The translations under genes and the position numbers were made by a program. From a virus, in the IMG/VR virus record IMGVR_UViG_3300032285_001029, positions 64,001 to 128,000 of that record: a stretch of 64,000 bases of DNA. The stretch is one strand, 5' to 3'. Numbering within the stretch: the first letter of the stretch is position 1; each line of letters begins with the position of its first letter. The notes under the pieces were generated by a model. It was given only the letters and a program-made list of their open reading frames with translations, did no database searches and was not told the origin of the DNA. Positions 49,001-57,077 of this stretch are shown piece by piece.

Positions 49001-52000
49001 TTTCCCGGTGCTAGTATCGATATATATGAATGGGTTTCATCGTCCTATACTCCTAGTCAGTGGAACAAGCTAGCAGATACTGTTTCAGGACTTTCACAAA
49101 ATATCAGCGGCCAAAGTCTGTATGATGATACAGTTTACTCTAGCACTCAGAGTTATAATAATGTTAGTAAAACTTATAAAACAACATATTATTTCTGGGT
49201 AAAAAATAAAACAATTGTACCTAATCTTAAGAATCGATCTCTCTCAGCTAGCGACGCTGCTAATCTTATCGGAAATCCAAGAGGTGCCGGATATAAATTT
49301 TTAGCATTGACAGGTTCTAATAGTTTCAGTCTAGCAAATGTCAAACCCTTATTAAATGATAAAAATATGGTCTTGTCTGTTGAATATTGGACTATAGACA
49401 ATCCTGAACATGCATTAGTACATCGTCAATATGCAATTATTAACAATGATAAAAATACAGTCCTACCTGAGTTAATTGAACAAAAATGGTTTGATAGTCT
49501 GTGCGGAAAAGATCAAAATGGCCGTGTGGTGCCGGATGTAAAGTTACCGCCTAAATTAAAGTATGGTATAGAATTCAGGCCTCGTCAAGGCATGTTTGTT
49601 AATCGATCCGAGGCGTTAAAGCAGTTTATTGAAGAAGTTAATAGAACATTAATCTCCTATCAAATAACTACAAATAAAAATATATCCGCATTGGATTTAT
49701 ATGAATTACCGCCATCGGATCTTACTGGATTGTATGACATAGTTAAAGATACCGATTATGATTTACGTTTTGTAAATGTTGGCAATTTCTCTTTACCTTC
49801 GTTAGTGGCTGTAATCACAGAAGGCAGAATTACTGGAGTAACAATCGTAAGTGCAGGATCGGGTTACATAAATGCACCGTACATTACAGTATCAGGCGAC
49901 GGCGAAGGTGCAATTTTAAAAGCACAAATAAATGCATTCGGTCAGTTGATCGGAGTAACGATTGTCGATCCTGGCCAAGGATATAATGAAGAAAATACCA
50001 TGTTGGGTATTAGAAGTTATAGTGTATTAGTTCACAGCGATAGCGGATCTCAAGGTTATTGGAGTATATACACATTCGATCTCACAACTCGTGTTTGGTC
50101 AAGAATACAAACACAGAGTTACGATGTTCGCCCTTATTGGAGTTATGCTGATTGGTATGATACTAATTATAATCAATATACAGTTGTAGATTATTCTGTA
50201 AACACATTTACAGGACTGTATGGAATTAATTCCAAGATAGGTGAACTAGTTAAGGTTAAAACCACAAATAACGGTACTTGGATGATTTTAGAAAAGTATG
50301 CCGAATCGGAAAGTATTGATTGGACACAACGCTATAAACCAATAGCAGTTGAAAAGGGCACAATACAGTTTAATTCTATTCTGTACAACCTTACTGATAC
50401 GGTTTATGGGTATGACGGTGCATTGTATGATGATTTAAATTTTGATAATTCTGCTAATCAAGAATTAAGAATTATTTTAGACGCAATAAAAAATGATATT
50501 TTAATTGACGATTTAAGACAAGCTTATTTAAATTTATTTTTCTCCAGTGTACGATATGCTATTAGTGAACAAACAAGTGTCGACTGGATTTTCAAAACTA
50601 GCTTTATTAAAGCAGATCATTTAGTAGGACCTCTTAAACAGCCGGTTAACTATCAGCCTGATAATCTTTCAGATTTTGAAAGTTATATTTCAGAAGTAAA
50701 ACCGTATCGGACAAAAATTAGAGAGTATGTAGACAATTACAGTAATTTAGATTTAGGATCTACTGCTGTAACAGATTTTGATTTGCCTCCACAATATCAA
50801 TCCGGTGCAATTGTTCCGATTTTAACAGGTTATAGTAATGATAACGTAACGGTTGATAATGCAATTATCGATTCTGTGTATCCTTGGGCATTTTGGAATG
50901 ACAATCATTCTTATAAAGTTATTGAATTAAGGATTGTCGATGCCGGCAGCGGATATATTACAGCACCCGAAGTTATTATCGAAAGCGGTTCAGGTGCCGG
51001 CGCAACAGCTAAAACGTTTATCACTAATGGATCTATTAGAACAGTCGTTCTATTAACATCTGGGTCTGGATATCTTAGTGCACCTACTGTTGTACTAAAT
51101 GGCGGCGTTACTGATGGCGGACGTAAAGCAAGGATAATCGCAGTAATAGGCGACGGTGTTGTTAGAAAAACAACAGTAGGAGTTAAGTTTGATAGACTTT
51201 CAAAAACATATTCTTTGATAGAATTAGAAAAAATCGAAACTATAACAGCATCGGCTTCTAAATTACAATATACTTTGCCGTGGGCACCTGATATAAGATT
51301 AGGAACTCATTCTGTTACAGTTAATGGCATTCCTGTAATTTCAGATGATTATGCATTGTCTGTTAAGACTTCAAATAGTTTAGGTTATACTAGCTACTCC
51401 GGACTAATAACTTTTGATAATTCTTTCACAGCAGGATCAGTTATTAAAGTAAGCTATTTGATAAACTGGTCATTGTTACATGCATCGGATAGAGTTCAGT
51501 ATTATTACACTCCTGAAACTGGACAACCAGGAAAAGAGTTAGCACAACTAATGTCTGGTGTAGACTACGGCGGAGTGATTGTTAATAGTTTTGGCTTCGA
51601 AACAAATTATGGTTGGGATTCATCGTCATTGTTCAGTGATGTGTGGGATGGTACTGACAGTTCCTTTACCGATTATATAACAGTAGTCGATGCCGATACA
51701 CATACTTTTAACTTGCCTTACTTACCCGCCACAGGCACAAATTTAAATATTTACTACAGTGAATATTTTTCAGAAACCTATGCAGGAGACGGTGTACAAA
51801 CACAATTTACGTTTGATATAAGACAACAAACACCTGTTGCATCTGTAAGTTGTTCTTCAAATATATTATTACCATACAGTGCTACATTTCAAGGATTAGG
51901 GATCGCTATTACTAATGTCATTGGATCAGGCTCTTCGATAGTAGTTTCATTTGCTACTAGATCAGAAATACCATTTTCTTTAAATCAGATTATTAGTATT

Positions 52001-55000
52001 TCAAACATAGCAACTACTGTAAATTCTCTACAAAGTTATAGTCACTATAATGGAATTTATACAGTAACATTTGCTACAAATCATAGTATAACTCTCATTG
52101 GCACTGACACTGCACAATACGCATCAGGCGGTACAATTTCGTTGGTCAATGAAACTCTAGTCGCGTTAGACTCTACTATGGATCTAGATGCAGGAATGAA
52201 ATTAATACGAACTAACGCAGGATATAATACAGTTATCGGCGAAATTAAAACGGTTATTAATTCAACGTTAGTTACGCTAGTACAATCACTAGAAAGTAAA
52301 TCAGTTGCAGTTTTAACTACCTCATCAGTAAGTGCAGGAGCCACTGTTCTATCTTTTAGAAGTACTTCGTCGTTAATTAGCGGAAGCACCGTAGTTGGCG
52401 GCCCAATTGGTATATTAGATAATGTAACTATGACAATATTAAGCGGAACTCAAATAACATTAAGTTCGTCGCTGACCAGTGCGGTAGATGCTGGCACATC
52501 TTTCACGTTTACATATACTCCAATTCCAGATACAGGAGAAACAGTATTAATTACCTATAATGCAAAAGGAAGTAATAAGCTGCAGTTAGATAGCATTGAT
52601 AATATTCAATTAAAAGACAAAGTATCTTTAGTAGGAACTGATCTAACTCTTTTCGCTTATTCGACTACAGTTAGTACTATTTTAAACAATAACATTCTTG
52701 AACTTGATCATGTATTATATGACACTGTAGTTTCCGCAGAAACTGTTTTATTTGAAAGAACTTTAACAATTAATCCTAAAACGTCTGTAGCCGGTGTGGG
52801 TGTAGTTACATTATTAGACCCAATAAACACAGGAGAGACATTAACCATAAGTTCAAATTTAGCTCCTGTAAGAATTGATGATGAAAATTATGGAACATTG
52901 AATCAAACAAATGCAGATGCTGTAATGCTAACTGTAGTTGCTGATGGAGAAAGTCGACAGGTCGATATTCCTGGTACATTTGTAGTTAATGATTTTGATA
53001 AGTTTATTATTCGTCAAAGTACCAGCGATGGATCAATAGAACCATTAACCAGCTCATTTGATACCAAAATAGATGGCGGAAACATGGCATATACTAGTGC
53101 ATCGGGTCTATTGGCGGATGACATTACTATAGACGGAGATGGATTTGTAACCCCAATGACCAGCTATTTCCCGGAAGAAGTTGTTCCAGGACAAGTAGTA
53201 GATGCGTTAGCTATTAAAGTTTTTGATAAACCGTCCGGTGGATCAGCAGAGATTTTAGTTCAAAAATATCTAGCAGATGGGGAAACATTTGAGTTTAATA
53301 TAGGACAGATTCCTAATAGCTCGTCAGCAGTAATTGTTAAAACAACAGTTGCTGATGTAACTACAATTTTAACTGAAACAACTGATTACATAGTAGATTA
53401 TAAAAATCAAACTATTGTTTTTGTAAACTTGCCAGATATTGACACATTAGTGTCGATTTACAGCATTGGATTTAGTGGAACTGACATTCTTGTTTTTGAT
53501 TATTTTGTTGGAGACGGACATACAAAAGAATTTGTAACACAGGCAAAATGGATAAGTTCCTTCACATCCGGTACGTATGTAGATGGAAATTCCGTAGATA
53601 ATTTAACATTTGAAACAGATGATACGTATGATTCTGCACATAGAATTGGCTTTAGATTAGTCGATGCCCCTGCAGTAGGATCAATAATCGCATATATCTT
53701 TGTAGCCGGAGCCACACAGACTTTTGCAATAACTAGTAAGCAGATAATTCCTACTGATGGTACATTAACTTATGCATTAGATAATATTGTTGGAGATGCT
53801 TTACCAAACGAAACAACGATGATTGTTCGTGTAGATCAAACAATATTACCAAGACCTAAAAATAGTTACTTTACAATCGCAAACAATCAATTAGTTTATA
53901 CAGTTGATCCGGGACTGTTCACACCATATAAAGTGAGATCAGAAGATGTTGCAGTAATAGTCGGCGGAGTTATATTAAAAAATTCTGTAGATTATCTTTT
54001 AGATGTAGCCGGAATACAAATTACGTTGTATGAAACAACCTATTTAAAATATGTTGATCAAGCAATGATTATAAGCATTAAAACACAGGCAGGATATTTT
54101 TACATTCCTCCTGCAAACAGATTTACACCTCCTTATATTCAGTTTAGTCATCCTTATGATAATACAAGTACTGTCGAAATTATTAGTTCCTACAGAAATA
54201 ATGTTTTAGGAATGGCGACTAAAGATCTAAATGTGAATCCAAAATTGGCTCTAGTACCAGATACACAGGAATATTTTGAATATCAAAATATTTTTGGAGG
54301 AATAATAAAGTTAGATGATGCAGTACGAAATGAAAATTATGTATGGGTAACTAAGAATGGAAAGCTTTTAACTCCAAGTTTAGATTATATTTTAAATTCT
54401 GATTTTAGAACTTTAAAACTAGCAGTCAGCCCTAATACTGCAGATAATATTACTATTTTGACATTTAGCAGTAATATAATAACGTCAGGTATTTCTTATA
54501 TGCAGTTTAAAGATATGCTGAATAGAACTAGTTATACTAGATTAAGTTTGAATAAGAGAACACAGCTAGCATCGGATCTTAGAGCTACTGATAAAATAAT
54601 CACAGTAGTTGACGCTAGTAACTTTGATATTCCAAATCCTGCTGCAAATAAACCTGGCATTGTTGAAATCAGAGGAGAACGTATAGAATATTTTACGTTA
54701 GATGGCAACGTTTTAGGACAATTAAGAAGAGGAGTTTTAGGAACTGGAGTTTCTAAGATTCATAAATCCGGAAGCTATGTACAAGACATTGGAACGGCTG
54801 AAACAATACCGTACACAGATACTACTAATACACAACAGATTGTCAGCACAGGATCTAACACTATAACAACGAATGTTAAACCAATTAAGTCATCTAGTAT
54901 ATGGTCTTATCAAACAGGATTTACTTCAGTAATACCTACGGGATTTGGACAATCAAATGACATAGAAGTATTTGTTGGGGGATATGATATATCGATATGG

Positions 55001-55495
55001 AGCGAAACAACTAGTTACGTTATAAATGATATTGTATCTTATAACGGATATGATTATAAATGTACAACAGATCATATCAGCTCTTCGTCATTTGCAAAAG
55101 ATAAAACAAATTGGAAGTTCTTTATTTCAAATATTAGACTACAAAAACAACCGTATGAAGTATACAATGTCAATCAAGCTCCAAATAGTCCAGCCGGCGA
55201 TGTACAGTTTGATGCAGATTTTTCTGTAGACGGAGTTAATAATTCTATCAGATTAACAACTGCTCTAAAAGAAAATGTCGTTGTAACAGTTGTACAACGA
55301 AAAGGCAAAGATTGGGATTCTACTGTAAATATAATAGATGATACTGGTCAGATAGCAGAATTCTTAAAAGCAACTCCTGGGGCGTGGTATACCGGCATTG
55401 AAAATTACTCATTATCTGTGAATACTAATGCTACTTTTGATAACAGTGACATAACATTTGATAATTCACATAACACATTCGATCAAGGATCATAA
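40049..55495 (+). CDS. Giant virion structural protein (5148 aa), gp7-like baseplate/fibre-anchoring position
   Basis: Uninterrupted 15.4-kb ORF directly after gp6; FG-GAP-like propeller repeats, GSGY repeats, CBM-like W..Y..GD.V.Y repeats, YI.EVKPYRTKIR motif. Confidence 0.8.
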   Translation: MASQKNNNGLTSKLIPNIYQSDANKKFLQATLDQLVQPGTIKKVNGYAGRKNAKASVGDDIYINAAGTTRQNYQLEPGFTVQDELGNYTFFKDYQDYINDLYVLGSNTKNHSRLNKQEFYSWNPHIDWDKFSNFQQYYWLPYGPDTITVFGQQSAIQSTIKVSIENEGTNFQWMFSSDALVPNPTIKLYRGQTYVFEIDSIGNPFTIATVRSNDVEYLYQTPGLDGNKVFQGTITFTVPADAPSLLYYFSDTDLDASGVFEILSIEENTYLDVEKDLLGKTSYTLPNGVTLSNGMKIKFIGNITPETYSKGQYYVEGVGTGIVLTEESSLEIIAPYTTDTTILFDSDLFDSLPFSSASSYAGTLDYITINRSSQDKNPWSRYNRWFHKDVIEVSAALNGNVPSLDQTARAVRPIIEFESNLQLYNFGNKSVVDVDVIDNFTTDAFSIIEGSLGYNIDGVDLVQGYLVIFTADPDPFVKDNVYEVQFVSVNGVQQIHLALHSTPSENDSVIVKSGIKNQSITYWYNGTDWIYAQQKTKANQQPLFDIFNSDGISFSDTTIYTGSTFKGSAVFSYAVGSSSNDPSLGFPLLYKNINNIGDIVFNFNLVSDTFVYKLSGDIVTVDISIGYLKQIQTTASVFVNGWITNSVTMTQGAVRIYKNSEITNNFDIDIFDNINDLDDLVVKVYVNGIRLESTEWSISDGVIYKYVELLTDVTTADVLTIKAYAAQPINKNGFYEIPLNLQNNPLNNEITTFTLGEVLDHVESIVENVPNFSGSYPGFGNLRDLGQISKYGTKFVQHSGPASLSLYHITNKTNNVIRAIEKSRNDYVAFKRAFINAATGLSEDLSVVESVDYILRKINENKPKTGPYYFSDMVPYGAAIVSDIPVLDYRIKTYPLTDPFSLDVLSYKSVLIYRNGTQLLYNTDYIFDSDNSNFIMLDTSPLANGDVLTTYEYDSTNGSFVPETPTKLGFWPAYEPKILLDNTLLTPRELIQGHDGSLTLTYGDYRDDLLLELEKRIFNNIKISYNTEIFDVYDFIPGYNRTTDYSLSEFNSTLSPYFYEWIGLTNSDFTTPFSFDTSNSFTYNYAGHYAPNGEATPGFWRGIYRWMFDTDHPNETPWEMLGFTSEPTWWTSVYGPAPYTSNNLILWNDLSEGIVRAPGSTTSVRTKFIRPILKTNIPVDENGELLSPYSAGLALGTITDATSGSYVFGDISPVETAWRRSSYYPYTVLLASTLLQPSKTIGIFLDRSRVTRNPAGQLVYADTMLRIQPSTLALSSVYSSSVNVQTAGLINFIVNYVLDDTLESYAAYKTDLTNINCQLSYRLGAFTSKEKFDIILDSRTPLSASNSVFVPKENYNLHLNKSSPINRIIYSGVIITRLADGFVINGYSKVQPYFNYYSYYDTGIVVNIGGISESYVNWTAGESYYPGQVVQYNRQFYRTISSQILVTSFDPTGYVLLKSLPINGGVNSNFRSKWNRKESLVLPYGTKLEKIQDVVDFLLGHGEYLKDQGFIFEDFNPNLPDICNWETSAKEFLFWTTQNWSSVQDKWTEWTPNIDIEYNEIVRYNGEYYQALQKIPATSSVPVNNLSVSGEEGDYRLYADDVLGVYIGMLVTGPGVEAGALVQSVTGHGPYVINLTENNIGTVTQASFVGFFNTNLYENLPGLDTVGSAVISLSPAAGQITFLADLAVVESVTDPFNSYSIFKVDGTPISPQFIDSYRNGNVVSYRANNNDGIYAATFYLIQQEQILLLDNVTMFNDTIYNPETGYRQERIKISGYVSSEWYGGFDVPGFIVDQAIVKNWEAWQDYALGDTVLYQQYYYSANRFVPGVDVFKIAEPDGVINWIKLSSAPASKLIPNWSYKATQFTDFYSLDSDNFDADQQSLAQHLIGYQKRQYLENLIQDSVGEFKFYQGMIYDKGTQNAFNKLFGVLNSENADSLQFYEEWAIRVGQYGSAEGFEEIEFVLDEEEFNKRNPQGFELVSRLDEEHSDFVNRLSPNEIYLKPLNYSSNPWPTISNYRPYLRSAGYVRPGEVSASIASIDNIIDIDIATLVDGDYIWCGFEGPSWNVYRFTNTKNKVTELTYSSNKLNITFSHNHELRAGDYVGIRESGGFDGFYKITDMNPVTIIISTTLTTAPLVPYEGLNDIVIFRFNSQRASSIDTANSSIPQEIKSGELLWTDDNGSGIWSTWQNDTVYADSEIKFSLPKAGLGFGREIAITSDGSLAAISTKTGQTFIYHKSSPSSSWIQRDTIDAPEISKSDVFGNNSNEFVQLAEVLAMSPDGAWLAIGSPTASNAATIQKTYYKAVDILAGTNSGLAGQGAVSLYKKDANNIFTLVDTILSPSPTAGELFGSSLVFKQTTQSNNFVSYNLLVGAKGFNSGIGRVYEIKYQQLVQATASYNPNGSSNNGIVGINVDSPGSGFLTNPIVIIAAPTDSGGVQATATCTIGVASARLIQAGSGYLVGDLLTVTGGSSTQPAILRVTAINTNIQKGNIGAVLGVSIVNAGKYTVAPTLTNIVTGGTGTNVRFAIEVGISSFTVTNPGGGYIEKPFVSFSGTGSGAVATTVLGSVVTLSSTSGIAPGMSITGTGFTNNQTVTSVVNSTAIVISSAASSIPSGNLNFSIVQWNYNTSSYISAPNGQKAFGSSLSSAVLGNVLAVGAIGVPFDGTYNSEVVGRVNLYQNNGTAWTLIQSPIVGGEYGFSKGLSVSEDGIWVAIGSPYKLKKYSNQGQVDLYYNDTGTFNFYQEVENINPQVNGLFGAGVAWMNGSNTMVVYSQNSDIETLEIFDSGNTIFDGNSTKFKSIVRNNGRIDVYDRYNLNFIYGETLRDLAELNSEYGDGFAVGSNNILIGAPSATVNNLIAGRVFGYGKKSNAYSWTILHHEIPKVNLTKFKRALIYDKTNSSLVSYIDIIDPMQGKIPGPAEQEIRYKSFYDPAIYSIGNATVNVSEGQAWTDAQVGQLWWDLRTAKFIDAHDNDVVYRNNSWALLFPGASIDIYEWVSSSYTPSQWNKLADTVSGLSQNISGQSLYDDTVYSSTQSYNNVSKTYKTTYYFWVKNKTIVPNLKNRSLSASDAANLIGNPRGAGYKFLALTGSNSFSLANVKPLLNDKNMVLSVEYWTIDNPEHALVHRQYAIINNDKNTVLPELIEQKWFDSLCGKDQNGRVVPDVKLPPKLKYGIEFRPRQGMFVNRSEALKQFIEEVNRTLISYQITTNKNISALDLYELPPSDLTGLYDIVKDTDYDLRFVNVGNFSLPSLVAVITEGRITGVTIVSAGSGYINAPYITVSGDGEGAILKAQINAFGQLIGVTIVDPGQGYNEENTMLGIRSYSVLVHSDSGSQGYWSIYTFDLTTRVWSRIQTQSYDVRPYWSYADWYDTNYNQYTVVDYSVNTFTGLYGINSKIGELVKVKTTNNGTWMILEKYAESESIDWTQRYKPIAVEKGTIQFNSILYNLTDTVYGYDGALYDDLNFDNSANQELRIILDAIKNDILIDDLRQAYLNLFFSSVRYAISEQTSVDWIFKTSFIKADHLVGPLKQPVNYQPDNLSDFESYISEVKPYRTKIREYVDNYSNLDLGSTAVTDFDLPPQYQSGAIVPILTGYSNDNVTVDNAIIDSVYPWAFWNDNHSYKVIELRIVDAGSGYITAPEVIIESGSGAGATAKTFITNGSIRTVVLLTSGSGYLSAPTVVLNGGVTDGGRKARIIAVIGDGVVRKTTVGVKFDRLSKTYSLIELEKIETITASASKLQYTLPWAPDIRLGTHSVTVNGIPVISDDYALSVKTSNSLGYTSYSGLITFDNSFTAGSVIKVSYLINWSLLHASDRVQYYYTPETGQPGKELAQLMSGVDYGGVIVNSFGFETNYGWDSSSLFSDVWDGTDSSFTDYITVVDADTHTFNLPYLPATGTNLNIYYSEYFSETYAGDGVQTQFTFDIRQQTPVASVSCSSNILLPYSATFQGLGIAITNVIGSGSSIVVSFATRSEIPFSLNQIISISNIATTVNSLQSYSHYNGIYTVTFATNHSITLIGTDTAQYASGGTISLVNETLVALDSTMDLDAGMKLIRTNAGYNTVIGEIKTVINSTLVTLVQSLESKSVAVLTTSSVSAGATVLSFRSTSSLISGSTVVGGPIGILDNVTMTILSGTQITLSSSLTSAVDAGTSFTFTYTPIPDTGETVLITYNAKGSNKLQLDSIDNIQLKDKVSLVGTDLTLFAYSTTVSTILNNNILELDHVLYDTVVSAETVLFERTLTINPKTSVAGVGVVTLLDPINTGETLTISSNLAPVRIDDENYGTLNQTNADAVMLTVVADGESRQVDIPGTFVVNDFDKFIIRQSTSDGSIEPLTSSFDTKIDGGNMAYTSASGLLADDITIDGDGFVTPMTSYFPEEVVPGQVVDALAIKVFDKPSGGSAEILVQKYLADGETFEFNIGQIPNSSSAVIVKTTVADVTTILTETTDYIVDYKNQTIVFVNLPDIDTLVSIYSIGFSGTDILVFDYFVGDGHTKEFVTQAKWISSFTSGTYVDGNSVDNLTFETDDTYDSAHRIGFRLVDAPAVGSIIAYIFVAGATQTFAITSKQIIPTDGTLTYALDNIVGDALPNETTMIVRVDQTILPRPKNSYFTIANNQLVYTVDPGLFTPYKVRSEDVAVIVGGVILKNSVDYLLDVAGIQITLYETTYLKYVDQAMIISIKTQAGYFYIPPANRFTPPYIQFSHPYDNTSTVEIISSYRNNVLGMATKDLNVNPKLALVPDTQEYFEYQNIFGGIIKLDDAVRNENYVWVTKNGKLLTPSLDYILNSDFRTLKLAVSPNTADNITILTFSSNIITSGISYMQFKDMLNRTSYTRLSLNKRTQLASDLRATDKIITVVDASNFDIPNPAANKPGIVEIRGERIEYFTLDGNVLGQLRRGVLGTGVSKIHKSGSYVQDIGTAETIPYTDTTNTQQIVSTGSNTITTNVKPIKSSSIWSYQTGFTSVIPTGFGQSNDIEVFVGGYDISIWSETTSYVINDIVSYNGYDYKCTTDHISSSSFAKDKTNWKFFISNIRLQKQPYEVYNVNQAPNSPAGDVQFDADFSVDGVNNSIRLTTALKENVVVTVVQRKGKDWDSTVNIIDDTGQIAEFLKATPGAWYTGIENYSLSVNTNATFDNSDITFDNSHNTFDQGS

Positions 55496-55497
55496 AA

Positions 55498-56403
55498 ATG
55501 ACTCAAAAAATAATTAATGTCGGACTAACACAAGACGACGGCTCAGGTGATAATTTAAGATCAGCTGGTTTAAAAATTAACGATAACTTTACAGAACTGT
55601 ATACTGTTATTAACAATTCTCAAAATTATATTACAGAAATTGTAGGAGGACAAAATATTTCTGTTACTAGTGCTAATGGAATTATCACAATTGATAATAC
55701 TTTTGTACAGTCGCCCGCAGTAGCTAGTGCATTAACTGGTAACACATTAGCTCCGAATGTTGTTAGATCAAGTTTAACTTCTACAGGAATATTAACTAGT
55801 TTGCAAGTGTCAGGTACAGCATCATTGTCAAATATTAGCTTTGCTAATAATGGACAGATTATAGATTTCTCTGGCCAAACAATAATGGTTAATACTTCCG
55901 GAACCATTATAGGTAGTGGTGAATATAAAGCAACTATTGCTGCACGATCGAGCGGTGCAGTGGAACTCGTAGCAAATGACGGTTCCGATGGCGATAGCTC
56001 GGGGAATACATGGACTTTTAGTACAGATGGTAGATTAACAACACCAGGACAAGTTAATATTATCAGTACCGATACTGCAGATAGCGGTCCTGGGTATGCT
56101 GGTATATTCAAACTAACAAATAATAATGTCGGTGCCACACTTATTAACAAATCAATTCGTATAAGTGATACAGGTCATTTGCAGATTGTTAACAGCACAT
56201 ATCAAAATACAATATTTGATCTAAGCGATTCAGGCAATTTAACAATAGCAGGCATCTTAAAGCTTCCAGTATTAACTGCAGAACCAACTTCGCCAGTTAC
56301 TGGAATGATGGCAATTGCAGATGGAAATGTATGGGATCCTAGTTTAGATGGAATTGAATGCTTAGTTGTATACTTAAATGGTGCATGGGTCACAATAACC
56401 TAA
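55498..56403 (+). CDS. Fibre protein with gp9/gp10-like N-terminal attachment motif (301 aa)
   Basis: INVG...DDGSGD.LR.AG.KIN.NF.ELY. Confidence 0.75.
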   Translation: MTQKIINVGLTQDDGSGDNLRSAGLKINDNFTELYTVINNSQNYITEIVGGQNISVTSANGIITIDNTFVQSPAVASALTGNTLAPNVVRSSLTSTGILTSLQVSGTASLSNISFANNGQIIDFSGQTIMVNTSGTIIGSGEYKATIAARSSGAVELVANDGSDGDSSGNTWTFSTDGRLTTPGQVNIISTDTADSGPGYAGIFKLTNNNVGATLINKSIRISDTGHLQIVNSTYQNTIFDLSDSGNLTIAGILKLPVLTAEPTSPVTGMMAIADGNVWDPSLDGIECLVVYLNGAWVTIT

Positions 56404-56431
56404 ATCATTAAATTACCATATTATGAAACTT

Positions 56432-56439
56432 GATAAATA
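56432..56439 (+). promoter_or_regulatory. Late promoter GATAAATA
   Basis: TAAATA at 56434-56439. Confidence 0.65.
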
Positions 56440-56459
56440 CAGAATAAAGAGAGATCGCT

Positions 56460-57074
56460 ATGCAGAGTAAAGACGTCACAGGAATCCATATAGAAGGGCA
56501 TATCAAAATTTTTGATCCCGTGTCCAAGGAAGTTTTTATTAACAAACGTAATGCTATTCATTATGAAAACTTCAGTTTGGCCTTAGCTGAAAGTATCAGC
56601 AATAGTGGACAGGGCATTATCAATCAAATGGTATTCGGAAACGGTGGAACTTATGTTGATCCTACAGGGATTATCACTTATTTGACCCCAAATACTACTG
56701 GATCAAATGCTAGCCTATATAATCAAACATACTCAAAGGTTGTTGATGGTAACAGCAGTTTAAATGTCGATCCAACACGAAATTTTATGGAAAGTAGGCA
56801 TGTTACTGGAACAAATTATACAGATATTTTGGTAACATGTTTGTTAGATTATGGTGAAAATATTGCAGGGCAATCTGCTTTCGATGTTACTAACAATAAT
56901 AACAGTCCAGCAGTATTCGACGAGTTAGGTTTAGTTTCTTACAACTATACAACAAACAGTCCTACATTGTTAACACATGTTATTTTTCATCCAGTACAAA
57001 AAAGTTTAAATCGATTAATTCAGATTGATTATACAGTAAGAATTCAAACTCTTACTGGTTTAGCAGGAGTATAA
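56460..57074 (+). CDS. Baseplate/fibre-attachment structural protein (204 aa)
   Basis: M.FGNGG, FDELGL, LLTHVIFHPVQKS..R.IQI.Y motifs typical of fibre-proximal baseplate proteins. Confidence 0.7.
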   Translation: MQSKDVTGIHIEGHIKIFDPVSKEVFINKRNAIHYENFSLALAESISNSGQGIINQMVFGNGGTYVDPTGIITYLTPNTTGSNASLYNQTYSKVVDGNSSLNVDPTRNFMESRHVTGTNYTDILVTCLLDYGENIAGQSAFDVTNNNNSPAVFDELGLVSYNYTTNSPTLLTHVIFHPVQKSLNRLIQIDYTVRIQTLTGLAGV

Positions 57075-57077
57075 TAC

